From: an uncultured Methanosarcinales archaeon
Lineage (GTDB): Archaea > Nanobdellota > Nanobdellia > Woesearchaeales > GW2011-AR9
Reading direction: 5' to 3'
DNA: 64,000 nt
Assembly: GCA_964434885.1 (NCBI GenBank)
Contig: CAYSWQ010000003.1
Coordinates: 6,882-70,881, forward strand
This document shows, piece after piece, positions 17,077-26,749 of the stretch; the stretch's first letter is position 1; each line of letters begins with the position of its first letter. The translations under genes and the position numbers were made by a program. The notes below the pieces were generated by a model, which made no database searches, had not been told where the DNA came from, and saw only the letters and a program-made list of their open reading frames with translations.

Positions 17077-17580
17077 TTAAGTTATCTTAAACCCGGTGGC
17101 TGCTTTGTACCGGGCTTGGCCCTCGCTTGTTTTTTCCTCACCTACAATTGTAACAGAAATGGGTTGTTTTTTTCCAATGATCTCTGCACTGGCATAATTT
17201 GATGTTAACCCTCCCCCAACAACAATTGGATAGTACAATTTTTCACCAGGGTATTTGATGATAATGCCTTTAAAAAAAGGGTCTTTTGAATCTAAAAATA
17301 TTTTCTTTACATTTTTTTCTAAACTTGGTTTCAAAGAAGGATTGTTTTCAGTAGCAACGATTAATTCTGTCAAGGTTAATCCATTTTCAGTCGGAGCTCT
17401 TAAATAATTAAACAAAACTTGTTTGGATCTAATTTCATCTAAATTAGAGATTGATGTCAAGTCATTTTTTTTTAAACTCCCATTCAAAATAATACTTGTA
17501 AAAAAGAAAAAAAATACTAAGAGTATAATAATAGTTAACAAATCAATTGCGTCTCCAAATTGGGCTTTCTTATTTCTCAT
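17077..17580 (-). CDS. Archaeal type IV pilin-like protein (class III signal peptide)
   Basis: MRNKKAQ|FGDAIDLLTIIILLVFFFF. 167 aa. Confidence 0.45.
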   Translation of the reverse strand: MRNKKAQFGDAIDLLTIIILLVFFFFFTSIILNGSLKKNDLTSISNLDEIRSKQVLFNYLRAPTENGLTLTELIVATENNPSLKPSLEKNVKKIFLDSKDPFFKGIIIKYPGEKLYYPIVVGGGLTSNYASAEIIGKKQPISVTIVGEEKTSEGQARYKAATGFKIT

Positions 17581-18029
17581 GTTTTTACTTGAACTCCAAC
17601 TTCCAACAAGGCGGGCTGGATTTGGTCTCCTTTTTTTACTAAAATATTTTTGTAGATAGTATAATCTCGGTTATTGAGATAATATTTAGTTGTGGTTATT
17701 TCTTGATTAATATTTGTTAATTTCAAACCAAAATTTGGTTCTTTTTTATCATCCACGGGATAACATTCCCTTAATTTTGTTTCAGTAAATTTTTTGGGAT
17801 CTATAATTCCAGGATAAGTTCGATCTCCTTTTTGATAGGCTAAACAATCAGGAGAATTGATGAATCGATCAATAATGAATGTTGTTTTTATTTGATCGGG
17901 AACGTCGACTACATTTTTTTGAAAATTAAAAATTTGTATAGCGAAGCCGATAATAGCAATTGTAAATACAGTCGATAGAATCATCCAAAAGATAGTTTTT
18001 CTTAGTTCATATTGGGCTTTTTTGTTCAT
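17577..18029 (-). CDS. Archaeal type IV pilin-like protein
   Basis: MNKKAQ|YELRKTIFWMILSTVFTIAIIGFAI. ATGA overlap with neighbour. Confidence 0.45.
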   Translation of the reverse strand: MNKKAQYELRKTIFWMILSTVFTIAIIGFAIQIFNFQKNVVDVPDQIKTTFIIDRFINSPDCLAYQKGDRTYPGIIDPKKFTETKLRECYPVDDKKEPNFGLKLTNINQEITTTKYYLNNRDYTIYKNILVKKGDQIQPALLEVGVQVKT

Positions 18030-18439
18030 TGGTTAACCTCTTTGTCTTTGCATTTACGAATAGTTATGGTTTTGTCTTTTTTTTCTAAACAAAGGGTTTT
18101 TGGTTTTTCTATTGCGCTGTTGGCAAAATAACCCGAAGGTAAATAAAAAGATTTTTGGTTCCTTAGTTTTTCAGATTCCCCTGGTTCAAATACTGAAATT
18201 GTACCTTGTCTCATAACAAAATTGTATTTGCTGATATTATAAGGGTATTGTACTACTGCATCTCCTGGAACACTTACTAAAACATCAATCATCATTTTGA
18301 TATCTTGAGCAGTTCTAATTTTGCTATTATTTTCTGAGGTCGCTAAATTCTTAGCATAGCTAACCAAAATAAAAATAAGAGCCAAAACAGCCAAAACTTC
18401 AAAAATCATTACTAAGATACTGGCAGCTTTTTTGTTCAT
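18026..18439 (-). CDS. Archaeal type IV pilin-like protein
   Basis: MNKKAAS|ILVMIFEVLAVLALIFILV. Confidence 0.45.
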   Translation of the reverse strand: MNKKAASILVMIFEVLAVLALIFILVSYAKNLATSENNSKIRTAQDIKMMIDVLVSVPGDAVVQYPYNISKYNFVMRQGTISVFEPGESEKLRNQKSFYLPSGYFANSAIEKPKTLCLEKKDKTITIRKCKDKEVNQ

Positions 18440-18454
18440 TTTGATAAATCTTAA

Positions 18455-19267
18455 TTATTGATTAATTAACCCATATACAGGTAATTGTTTGCCTTTTACC
18501 ATTTTGTAGGTGACTTTAAGTTCATTACATTTTGGATCCAAACAAATAAAAATTTTATTTTCTTTATTTAGTAGATAAATTGCATTTCTACGATAACCTA
18601 AATTAAAGGAAAAAGGAAAATTGTTTAAAGGCAATAGTTGGTGTCCGGCAGAATCTCTTCCGAGGAAAAATCCTCCTTTTAAGGTATATTCTTCTTTGTT
18701 TGTTCCTTCTATTGCCAACCAATCAGTAAAAGGAATAGTTCTCATTTTGGTGATATCTACTCGGAGTTCTTTTTGGGTTCCAAGATTTATTTTTCCGATT
18801 CCTTTGCATTTAGATTTTGTGTATTTGATAATTGGCTTCCAATTTTTTTGTTTATCATAGAATGAAGATACTGATTTGAAAAGACAGATACAGGCCTGTT
18901 CTTTACAATCTTTTGCTTCAGGATTAGACCAAGAAACACACCCTTCTTTTTGATTGGGTAAAGTTAAACTCTTAGCACAAGCTTCTACTTTAGCTGCCCC
19001 TTGACTAAAACCCACAATTGTTGTTTTGTCATCTAAAATTAAATTGGTTATTTCTGTTTGATCTTTGTTTTTTTCAAAAGTTATGATTTTTTTAACAAAT
19101 TTATCAAAACTGTCTTCGGCTTGAGAAGGACCAATAAATTTGGCTACGAACATAATGGTAGGAACAAACACCATGAAAGTTAAAACTATCATTACTAGTG
19201 CTTTGAGGACTAATTGTGCTTTTTTCATTGAATTAAATTTATGTTTGTTTACTCTTTTTAGTATCAC
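18455..19267 (-). CDS. Pilin-like protein (probable start at internal MKKAQ, position 19228)
   Basis: MKKAQLVLKALVMIVLTFMVFV. Cys-containing globular domain. Confidence 0.4.
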   Translation of the reverse strand: MILKRVNKHKFNSMKKAQLVLKALVMIVLTFMVFVPTIMFVAKFIGPSQAEDSFDKFVKKIITFEKNKDQTEITNLILDDKTTIVGFSQGAAKVEACAKSLTLPNQKEGCVSWSNPEAKDCKEQACICLFKSVSSFYDKQKNWKPIIKYTKSKCKGIGKINLGTQKELRVDITKMRTIPFTDWLAIEGTNKEEYTLKGGFFLGRDSAGHQLLPLNNFPFSFNLGYRRNAIYLLNKENKIFICLDPKCNELKVTYKMVKGKQLPVYGLINQ

Positions 19268-19592
19268 AATCTTTGTTAAGTTCGGTTACTTTTGCATCAG
19301 TAGTAGTAGTACTTGGACAACCAGGGAACTCTTTGTTTTTAGTTGTTCCTGCATCACAAGGACATTTATCAAATAAGTCACCAATATTATCATTGTCATA
19401 ATCTCCTAATGCACTAATTTTTTCTCCTAGGTTTCCATAAGCACCTTCTCCGCCTTTCTGGAACCAAATGATTACTAAAGTAACAACAACAACTGCTAAG
19501 ATTGCTAGAACCAATTGTTGCCAAGTCATGGCTTTTTTATTGAATAACATTTTATCACCATTAATTTTTTTATTTTCCTGCAATATCTCCAC
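19239..19592 (-). CDS. Pilin-like protein with thrombospondin-type-3-like Ca-binding repeat
   Basis: MLFNKKAMTWQQLVLAILAVVVVTLVII. DYDNDNIGDLFDKCPCD. Confidence 0.4.
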   Translation of the reverse strand: MEILQENKKINGDKMLFNKKAMTWQQLVLAILAVVVVTLVIIWFQKGGEGAYGNLGEKISALGDYDNDNIGDLFDKCPCDAGTTKNKEFPGCPSTTTTDAKVTELNKDCDTKKSKQT

Positions 19593-20484
19593 TAAAACAA
19601 TTTTTTTGTGCGGTTTTCAAATCACTCAAATAAATTGTGCTGGTATCTCTTTCTGTGTAGAGGTTTTTGTAGATATCGGCGGCGGCACTGAGAGATTGTT
19701 GGGTTGCACCAGCCGCTCCACTTCCAGCCAAATATAATCCTGGGCCAGCAAAAATACCACTCTTCAACATAATTACTCCTCCGGCTGCTACGGCCAGGTT
19801 TCCGAAAGCCCGACCTCCTTTTTTGAGAATTGTTTCCCAAGAAACTTTTTTGTTCTTAGCACCAAAACTAATCCCATAAGCATGGTTAGGTTTAATATCT
19901 GCTTGAATAACGACTCTACCTGGACCTCCGTGGCTTTGAAAATATTCTATGTATTTTTTGCCTGCCTTATCATAAGGATTATTAAGAAGATATTTATAAA
20001 AATCATTAAAAGAAATTTGGTCTCCTTTCTCAAAACCATCGGTATTTTTAATAAAAAGAGAATAACATAAAAAACAATCATTTTTTTTACTAAATTCAGG
20101 TAAAACTGTTTTGGTTGCCCCTTCTTCAACTGCTTCTGATGCTAAGTCTTTCTTAAGTATTTCTTCGTATCGACCTTCCCCAAACATCCACCAACATTGA
20201 GCCATGCTATCTGCGATCTGTTTTTTTACTTTTTCTTTATCTTCTTTGATATCTTGATCACAAGTTTTACATAATAAAGGAGAAGTGTGGATGTCTTGGT
20301 TATCTATTTGAATAGTGGTAGTGGTAGCTCTTAAGTTGACACTCCATTGACAAATCTCTTCTGCTTTTTTACAATCATCAGTAGTACTAAAATTAATAAC
20401 TATGGGGGCCAAAACTAGAAAAGAAACAATGGTAATGATTGCCCCAACTAAAAAAGAGGAGGCTTCTACTGCTCGTTTATTCAT
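19570..20484 (-). CDS. Pilin-like/secreted protein (304 aa)
   Basis: MNKRAVEASSFLVGAIITIVSFLVLAPIV N-terminus. First gene of the 20.5-16.3 kb block. Confidence 0.4.
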   Translation of the reverse strand: MNKRAVEASSFLVGAIITIVSFLVLAPIVINFSTTDDCKKAEEICQWSVNLRATTTTIQIDNQDIHTSPLLCKTCDQDIKEDKEKVKKQIADSMAQCWWMFGEGRYEEILKKDLASEAVEEGATKTVLPEFSKKNDCFLCYSLFIKNTDGFEKGDQISFNDFYKYLLNNPYDKAGKKYIEYFQSHGGPGRVVIQADIKPNHAYGISFGAKNKKVSWETILKKGGRAFGNLAVAAGGVIMLKSGIFAGPGLYLAGSGAAGATQQSLSAAADIYKNLYTERDTSTIYLSDLKTAQKNCFSGDIAGK

Positions 20485-20597
20485 CTATCTAACCTCTTAA
20501 TTATAATTAAAGAAGTAGCATATAAAAAACTTGTGTTTGATTTTAATAATTGCATAATCTTTAAATATTATTATTTATCAGTAGTTATTGATTTAAG

Positions 20598-21512
20598 ATG
20601 AAATTTTGGTTCAAAAAAATGTTTCCTTACTTAGCAGCGGGAATAATGGTGGTAAGTAGCTGTAAGAAGGAAGAAGACGATAAAAATGTACTTCAATCAT
20701 TAGATAAAATAGTACAAGAAGAAGCTCTAACTCCTGTGCCTTGGCATTTTCATAAAAAAATAACTAAATACATGGTTCGAGAAATTAATAAAGATGAATC
20801 AAGGGAATGTATCTTGACCGAATATGTTAAAGAAGATTTGGATCGAAGATCAGAAGAGTTAATTTATGTTTTGAAGAAAGTCCCCAAAGTGGGAGATGGT
20901 TTAGGTGATTTTTTTTCTAGTACAAAAAAAATGTTAATTGATTATCCTCAACACATAACCACTCAACTAGAAAAAAAAGGGGTGCTCAAAGATACTTGTC
21001 CAGCATTGGTGACTTGGCAAGGTGATCCTCTTATCTGGAATATCTCTCCTAGTTTGTCATTAAGAATATATCGGTGTATGAAAGAAGTTCCAGTAGAAAA
21101 GTGTACAGATGGCATAGACAATGATTGTGATGGAGAAGAAGATTTTGGAGATAGTGATTGTCATAAAACCTCTCCAAAAATACAAGAACCCAAATGCAAT
21201 TATTCTGTTTTTATGTCAAAATCAAAAAAAAGAATTAGTCAATATTTAGGAATTTTTCCTAGCCAAATTACTTTTGAAAAAGGCGAATTTAGACCAGGAA
21301 AAGGGGTTTCGGTAGCAATATCTACACCTAATGGGGATGCTTTATTTGGAAAAATTCTGCCGATTTTAGAAAAAAAATTAGGTAGGGGATCTGGTCGAAT
21401 TGTAAAAATGTGGAGCCATATTGATGGGGGCCCAATGGCTAATGGGTGTTATGTCAATCTGCAAAGATATGATCGCTTGGTGAGAATCCAGGTTTTTTCA
21501 GATATTTATTAA
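20598..21512 (+). CDS. Putative lipoprotein with MopE-like CxDGxDNDCDG metal-binding motif
   Basis: Signal + VVSSCKKEED lipobox-like. CTDGIDNDCDGEEDFGDSDC. Only plus-strand gene inside the pilin-like region, convergent with a 4-nt overlap onto 21509..22882. Confidence 0.4.
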   Translation: MKFWFKKMFPYLAAGIMVVSSCKKEEDDKNVLQSLDKIVQEEALTPVPWHFHKKITKYMVREINKDESRECILTEYVKEDLDRRSEELIYVLKKVPKVGDGLGDFFSSTKKMLIDYPQHITTQLEKKGVLKDTCPALVTWQGDPLIWNISPSLSLRIYRCMKEVPVEKCTDGIDNDCDGEEDFGDSDCHKTSPKIQEPKCNYSVFMSKSKKRISQYLGIFPSQITFEKGEFRPGKGVSVAISTPNGDALFGKILPILEKKLGRGSGRIVKMWSHIDGGPMANGCYVNLQRYDRLVRIQVFSDIY

Positions 21513-22882
21513 CTTGCTTCCCAACGGTATTTTTTAGTTGATATTTCTCGACAAGTTACTGTAATTTTTCGTATTGGGTTTTCCGATCCAGCAAAATAAT
21601 TATTCAATTCTAATTTTTTTCCTTTAGATAACTCATTACATTCATACCAATAGCGATCCGGTCCACAAACCAAAGGATAATTATCAGAAATGTGCCATTG
21701 AAAATCTTTCTCCCAAAAATTTTTAGCTAAATTCTTTTGATCTGCAGTGTCAGCTGGAATGCTGCGAATGGTTTCAACTATTCTCTTTTTACCAAGCCCT
21801 TGTAGTGGTCGGAAGAGTTTCCAATCAGAACGAGAAATAAGACTGCCAATCTTTGCTTCTCCAGTAGCACAATGTTTTTGTGAAGTATCTGTTGCTAACA
21901 AGGCACACCCTTTGAGTTGACTGGGTGTTAATTTATTGCACTGGCTTTGATAAGTATGACAGGCTAAACCACCAGGACATTTTCCTCTAATAGGTAATTT
22001 TTTTGGATTTTCACCATCTCCCATTAATTCTACCCACCAATATTTTTTCCACTCTCCTTCTTTTCCACAAAGTTTTAGATTTCCAGTAGATACTTGATAA
22101 CCAATTGAATTCTTAGTATTTTGGTCGTCCCCTAAATAATTATTGTTTAAGCCATCTTCTGTATTCCCTCTTTTAACAGAAGGGAAAAAACAAATAGATC
22201 TATCTTTTGATAAATAAAGCCAACCCCCATCTTCTAAACCAGAAGTTTTTTTCTCTGTTTTTCCATCTTTGGTGATGGGATAATCAATCCGATTATGATT
22301 AAAACCCAAAGTTGGAGCCGAATAATACAAGCTTAACCAACCAACATTCTGATGATATTTTGAAGGATTTGGTTTCTTATTGGTAGCTAGATATTTAAAA
22401 TAAAAATTAGCAGAAATTGGGTTGTTCTGATCATCTTCTCCAGCAATGACACAGGGTTTAAATCCTTTGATATCTTTATTTAATTTTTTAGTTAATTCGA
22501 TATCAATTTGTTTACCACCTAAACTTTCAATCCCAATAGAATCTTTAGATAATGAAATTACTGTACCTTTTTCTTGTAAAATTGGTAATCCTGAACGACT
22601 ATAATCTTTAACTCGATAATTCATAAAACATTCTGTTCTCTTACTTTCAAGCATACTTTTGATGGTGGAGACTAATTTAGTAATTGCTTTGTTGTGTTCT
22701 ACTGGAACTTGAACTTTTTTTCCGGCAATCTTATCTTTGCCTACTTCAAAATCAGGAACATATCCCTTTAATCCTTCTTTTATCCCACTCAAATCATCAA
22801 AACCCCCCGACATCCAGATTAAAGAAAGAACGAGAGCTACTGAAGCAATAATCATAATGGTTAATGTTCGGGAAGCAACCAT
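21509..22882 (-). CDS. Membrane-anchored extracellular protein (457 aa, N-terminal TM, Cys-rich)
   Basis: MVASRTLTIMIIASVALVLSLIW anchor. Many Cys/Gly/Trp in the ectodomain. Confidence 0.4.
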   Translation of the reverse strand: MVASRTLTIMIIASVALVLSLIWMSGGFDDLSGIKEGLKGYVPDFEVGKDKIAGKKVQVPVEHNKAITKLVSTIKSMLESKRTECFMNYRVKDYSRSGLPILQEKGTVISLSKDSIGIESLGGKQIDIELTKKLNKDIKGFKPCVIAGEDDQNNPISANFYFKYLATNKKPNPSKYHQNVGWLSLYYSAPTLGFNHNRIDYPITKDGKTEKKTSGLEDGGWLYLSKDRSICFFPSVKRGNTEDGLNNNYLGDDQNTKNSIGYQVSTGNLKLCGKEGEWKKYWWVELMGDGENPKKLPIRGKCPGGLACHTYQSQCNKLTPSQLKGCALLATDTSQKHCATGEAKIGSLISRSDWKLFRPLQGLGKKRIVETIRSIPADTADQKNLAKNFWEKDFQWHISDNYPLVCGPDRYWYECNELSKGKKLELNNYFAGSENPIRKITVTCREISTKKYRWEAS

Positions 22883-23025
22883 TATCTATTTCCTCCAAAC
22901 TTAGAAAGCAAGCCTTGAAGAAAACTACCTAAATCATTATACCAAATAACTACTAAGATTAACAAAACAATTGCTAAAATCATTAAAACTAAAATCCACA
23001 TTTCCATTCCTTTTTTTCCTTTCAT
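22882..23025 (-). CDS. 47-aa single-TM peptide (hand-translated; not in ORF track)
   Basis: MKGKKGMEMWILVLMILAIVLLILVVIWYNDLGSFLQGLLSKFGGNR. TAATG overlap with the downstream gene and ATGA overlap with the upstream one. Confidence 0.3.
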   Translation of the reverse strand: MKGKKGMEMWILVLMILAIVLLILVVIWYNDLGSFLQGLLSKFGGNR

Positions 23026-23168
23026 GGCAATAACCTTCCTCTTAGTTTAAAGATGTAGAATAACAAAGCCAAACCCATAATCACAACCAAAATAATTACC
23101 ACGAGGTAAGTGGTGCTAATGTGTTGGGCCTTGTGGTTGTTAAAAAGAGACTTTAATTGAGTAAACAT
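23022..23168 (-). CDS. 48-aa single-TM peptide (hand-translated; not in ORF track)
   Basis: MFTQLKSLFNNHKAQHISTTYLVVIILVVIMGLALLFYIFKLRGRLLP. Coupled to both neighbours. Confidence 0.3.
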   Translation of the reverse strand: MFTQLKSLFNNHKAQHISTTYLVVIILVVIMGLALLFYIFKLRGRLLP

Positions 23169-23171
23169 TTT

Positions 23172-23513
23172 TCATGTTTTTTTCTTAATGCCCAGACAGC
23201 AAACTGACTTTTTGGTTGTGTCGGTAGAAGGTTTACAAGTGAAAGCAGACGAAAAACGGCATTCGGAAAAACCTACCCCTGCTCCACTACCACAAGCAGC
23301 ACTACATGCTTTACTGGCAGTGTTTGTTCCTTGGGTTGTGCAAAAACCACCTTTACTTTCACAATTAAGTAATCCAGATTCTAAAGTGCCAGTTTTCCCA
23401 GTGAAAATTAAAAGCAAGATTACTAAAACCACCAAAGCAATAATGGCAGTAATAACAATCCAAAAAGTGTTACCTTGGGCTTTCTTCATTTTATTTCCAC
23501 GCGCAAGTAGCAC
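23172..23513 (-). CDS. Archaeal type IV pilin-like protein with Cys-rich C-terminus
   Basis: MKKAQ|GNTFWIVITAIIALVVLVILLLIF. C-terminus CESKGGFCTTQG...CSAACGSG...CCLG. Confidence 0.45.
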   Translation of the reverse strand: MLLARGNKMKKAQGNTFWIVITAIIALVVLVILLLIFTGKTGTLESGLLNCESKGGFCTTQGTNTASKACSAACGSGAGVGFSECRFSSAFTCKPSTDTTKKSVCCLGIKKKT

Positions 23514-23847
23514 TTAAACAATTAGTTTGAGTGGAATAAGCCTTACATCTCGATATTTCTTGTTTAAGTGTGCTAGCAGCAGTATCTTTAGCTGTGTCTG
23601 TCTTTGCTGCACCCATGGCTGTTCTAAACGCATTTTCTTTAGATGTGGTTGGATGACAACTCCCATAATTTATTTTTAATTTAATTAATTCAGCATCACC
23701 AGCTTGACTTACACCAGTCTTAAAAATTCCAATTCTACCTGTAAAAATCATTACTAAAAGCACCAAAACAATTAAAGCGATAGCCGCCACAATTATTACA
23801 TTTAAAGAAAGACCTTGTCCTTTTTTATTAAATCTCATCATCTTCAC
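23491..23847 (-). CDS. Archaeal type IV pilin-like protein
   Basis: MRFNKKGQ|GLSLNVIIVAAIALIVLVLLVMIF. Confidence 0.45.
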   Translation of the reverse strand: MKMMRFNKKGQGLSLNVIIVAAIALIVLVLLVMIFTGRIGIFKTGVSQAGDAELIKLKINYGSCHPTTSKENAFRTAMGAAKTDTAKDTAASTLKQEISRCKAYSTQTNCLSATCAWK

Positions 23848-23988
23848 CTCAATACAAATATATCTTTCTAAAAAAGAATTAATCTATATAAATCTTACCT
23901 TTCGTTTAAGTTTATTTAAGAGAAAGAAGGTAAAAATATATTTAATACTTGTTGTCTAATTTTTTAAACTATGTTTTTAATATTGCTA

Positions 23989-24531
23989 TTAATCACACAA
24001 TTTAAGAATGCTGATTACTTGTCCAGCGTTAGTGGGGAGAGGAAATGCGCCAGAAGAATCTGTGTCTTTCTTGCGACAACCGCGCCCACCTTCGTCTATT
24101 AAATAAATTAATTCAATTTCGTTTTGGTTTTGTAATAAGTAAGATTTAAATTCATATCTTTTGTTGAGTTTTCCTTTTCCAAGAGTTTTATTTAACAAAG
24201 CCCCAATAGTTTTGTTTAAAAAATCACAAGAATGTAAATTATTACATTGATATTCGGAATTTGTGTTTTTGTATAACGCACAATCTTCTAATAACTCATT
24301 TTGAATAAACAAAGGTTCTTTAATGAAATTTCCATAATAATCTTGGTGTTCACAAAGGGCACTGGTTTTCATTAATGCCCCCATCGCACTAGATGCTAAA
24401 AACTCTCGGGCAATTACTTTTTTAGTAGTATCTTCAACTAAAGAAAATTTAGCCATAAACAAAATTCCAAGAGTAGCCAAAATAACAATAATTACTAAGC
24501 CAATTAATTCTATTTGTCCTTTGGAATTCAT
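23989..24531 (-). CDS. Archaeal type IV pilin-like protein
   Basis: MNSKGQ|IELIGLVIIVILATLGILFMA. Confidence 0.45.
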   Translation of the reverse strand: MNSKGQIELIGLVIIVILATLGILFMAKFSLVEDTTKKVIAREFLASSAMGALMKTSALCEHQDYYGNFIKEPLFIQNELLEDCALYKNTNSEYQCNNLHSCDFLNKTIGALLNKTLGKGKLNKRYEFKSYLLQNQNEIELIYLIDEGGRGCRKKDTDSSGAFPLPTNAGQVISILKLCD

Positions 24532-25058
24532 GAAAAAACCTCCACAGTTAACATTCCAAATTTATATTCTCCTTGTTTTTCTTTGCCTTTGACAGAATCT
24601 TTTAAAGTTAATAAGAAATGGGTTGATTCTTTTTGTTTGCTACCAACCAAGGTACCATTAGCTAATTTTACTTTTTTTGGTTTATTATATAATACCCAGC
24701 TCTCATTCCCAGGATAAATTTCTGAAACAGTAATTTTAGTGAATGGAAATAAATCAAAATAATAGTCTCCAAAATTGTTTTTAAATGTTTTTTGTGCTTG
24801 TTTAACTTTCAGAAGATCTAAACAATAGAGTTCTGGTTCTGCTTCTCCACGACTACAAATTAATTCTGGGAGAAAAATAGTTTTAGAAGTTATCTCGACT
24901 GCTTTTTTGCCCATTTTTTCGGCTTGTTTCTCTTGAAAAGCCACTTCACTATATTTAGTGTAAAAAATAATTCCAAAAAGAATTAAGACAAAGAAAATAA
25001 ACATAACTCCAATTGTTTCCATCATCCTCATTTGAGCTTTTTTTGTCTTGTATTTCAT
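24528..25058 (-). CDS. Archaeal type IV pilin-like protein
   Basis: MKYKTKKAQ|MRMMETIGVMFIFFVLILFGIIF. ATGA coupling. Confidence 0.45.
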   Translation of the reverse strand: MKYKTKKAQMRMMETIGVMFIFFVLILFGIIFYTKYSEVAFQEKQAEKMGKKAVEITSKTIFLPELICSRGEAEPELYCLDLLKVKQAQKTFKNNFGDYYFDLFPFTKITVSEIYPGNESWVLYNKPKKVKLANGTLVGSKQKESTHFLLTLKDSVKGKEKQGEYKFGMLTVEVFS

Positions 25059-25083
25059 TTTAGTATTTTAGTTTAAGGTTTAG

Positions 25084-26235
25084 TTAATACAATTGGATAC
25101 AACTTTTTGATTGTAATTCTTTGTTTAATCTTTTCAACTCTTGGGCTGGTTTTAAAACATCTGAACAAGTGGAATAACCACTAACAATACAAGTTGAGGT
25201 GGCACCTTTAATTCTTTGTAATATATTTTGTATGTTGGTGGTTTTCTGTTTGTGTAAAATTAGTTGGCATTCATTTTTATTCTCGGCTGTTGGTTTTTGA
25301 TAATAACTCAAAATCTCTTTTAATTTTCCTCCCACTGAACCAGTGGTCCCACCATAAATTTCATTTAAATATTGCATTCTACGAAAAACTTTCATCATAT
25401 TGCATTGATAGCTTTTCCCATTCTCAGAAAAAATAGCGGCGAATTTAGCAGAATCTGGTTGGTCTCCAAGAGAAATTATTTTAGTAGTATCAATTTTTTC
25501 CCAGAACCGACCTTTCTTTTGATAATAAGTTGCAGTAATCCCTCCAACAAAACTAACAGCAGTAACTTGGGAATCTGCTAGTTTGATTAGTGGAGTGGGA
25601 ACTAATCCTTTATCTTGAATATATGTTCCAACTAAATCAACAATTCTTATTTGGTTAGTTTTTCCAGGAACTAATGTAGTTAAATCTTTAACAAATTCAA
25701 CATTGAAAAAATTTTGAGAAGTTTTCTTTTCTGATTTAATGGCTTTTTCTAATCTATTCCAAAAAGGGCTGGAACTACCCACTACAAAATATTTGTTATT
25801 ACTTGAACTAACAATTAATAAATCCATTATTTTATATGGGAAGTGATACGGTAAAGACCACAACAACAATTTAGTAGTTTGAATATTTTTAGGAGCAAAA
25901 ATAGGTTGTAATTTGGTTGATTTGGAGTTTCTTCCTTTAATTCCAAAGTTAGAAATTCCTTCTTCACATTTGAATTCAAAAACATAATTGGAGAGACCGC
26001 TTGTTTTAATGGAACTCATTGTCTTTTCAGAAACAGAAGCCCCGATTAAGATTGATTCTAAAACATCAACAACATCTCTTTGGAGATCTTCTTCAGCAGC
26101 AGATTTTTGTTTAACAACAATCCCGACAAAAAACATTAAAATTACTGCCCCAGCAATTAAAATATAAACCCAATTAAAAGCAACTTGAACTTGAGCAGAT
26201 TTAGATAACTGAAAAAGATTTTGTTTTGATGACAT
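25084..26235 (-). CDS. Pilin-like/membrane-anchored protein (383 aa)
   Basis: MSSKQNLFQLSKSAQVQVAFNWVYILIAGAVILMFFVGIVV N-terminus. Confidence 0.35.
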   Translation of the reverse strand: MSSKQNLFQLSKSAQVQVAFNWVYILIAGAVILMFFVGIVVKQKSAAEEDLQRDVVDVLESILIGASVSEKTMSSIKTSGLSNYVFEFKCEEGISNFGIKGRNSKSTKLQPIFAPKNIQTTKLLLWSLPYHFPYKIMDLLIVSSSNNKYFVVGSSSPFWNRLEKAIKSEKKTSQNFFNVEFVKDLTTLVPGKTNQIRIVDLVGTYIQDKGLVPTPLIKLADSQVTAVSFVGGITATYYQKKGRFWEKIDTTKIISLGDQPDSAKFAAIFSENGKSYQCNMMKVFRRMQYLNEIYGGTTGSVGGKLKEILSYYQKPTAENKNECQLILHKQKTTNIQNILQRIKGATSTCIVSGYSTCSDVLKPAQELKRLNKELQSKSCIQLY

Positions 26236-26236
26236 T

Positions 26237-26749
26237 TTAAGTGTCTGCAGACAATTCTGTTCTATCTCCTTTTCCTTCTAAGACTAGTTTAAATCTACCT
26301 TTGTTAATAGGTAGGCAAAGATAATCATTAGTCATACTAATCTCATATACTTTAAGGGGAATTTCCGATGCAGGTTTTAAAAATACATTTCGATCTGATT
26401 TGCTCCATCCTCCTCCTTGAGCGGCAGCAGTTTTCCAAGTATCGCAAGCAAAAACACCTAGTTTAGAGAGACAATCTGCAGGTGGTTTTTTACTCAAATC
26501 AATAAAACACACTTGAGAATATTTAGGAGGGAGAGTAAATGTTTTAATTCTAACTGAACCATATTCTGTGTAGATTTTCTTAACATTGGATTCTAGGTCA
26601 GTTTTAAATCTTGTAAATTCAACTTTTTCACCTTTATCTAAAAAATCATTTACTGCCTTGAAACCAAAAATGACAATCAAAGCGAAGGTAATTGCGGCCA
26701 CCATAAAGATAAAGACTTGACCAATAGCCATGGCTTTTTTATTTTTCAT
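26237..26749 (-). CDS. Archaeal type IV pilin-like protein
   Basis: MKNKKAMAIGQVFIFMVAAITFALIVIFG. Start overlaps the giant gene's stop. Confidence 0.45.
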   Translation of the reverse strand: MKNKKAMAIGQVFIFMVAAITFALIVIFGFKAVNDFLDKGEKVEFTRFKTDLESNVKKIYTEYGSVRIKTFTLPPKYSQVCFIDLSKKPPADCLSKLGVFACDTWKTAAAQGGGWSKSDRNVFLKPASEIPLKVYEISMTNDYLCLPINKGRFKLVLEGKGDRTELSADT

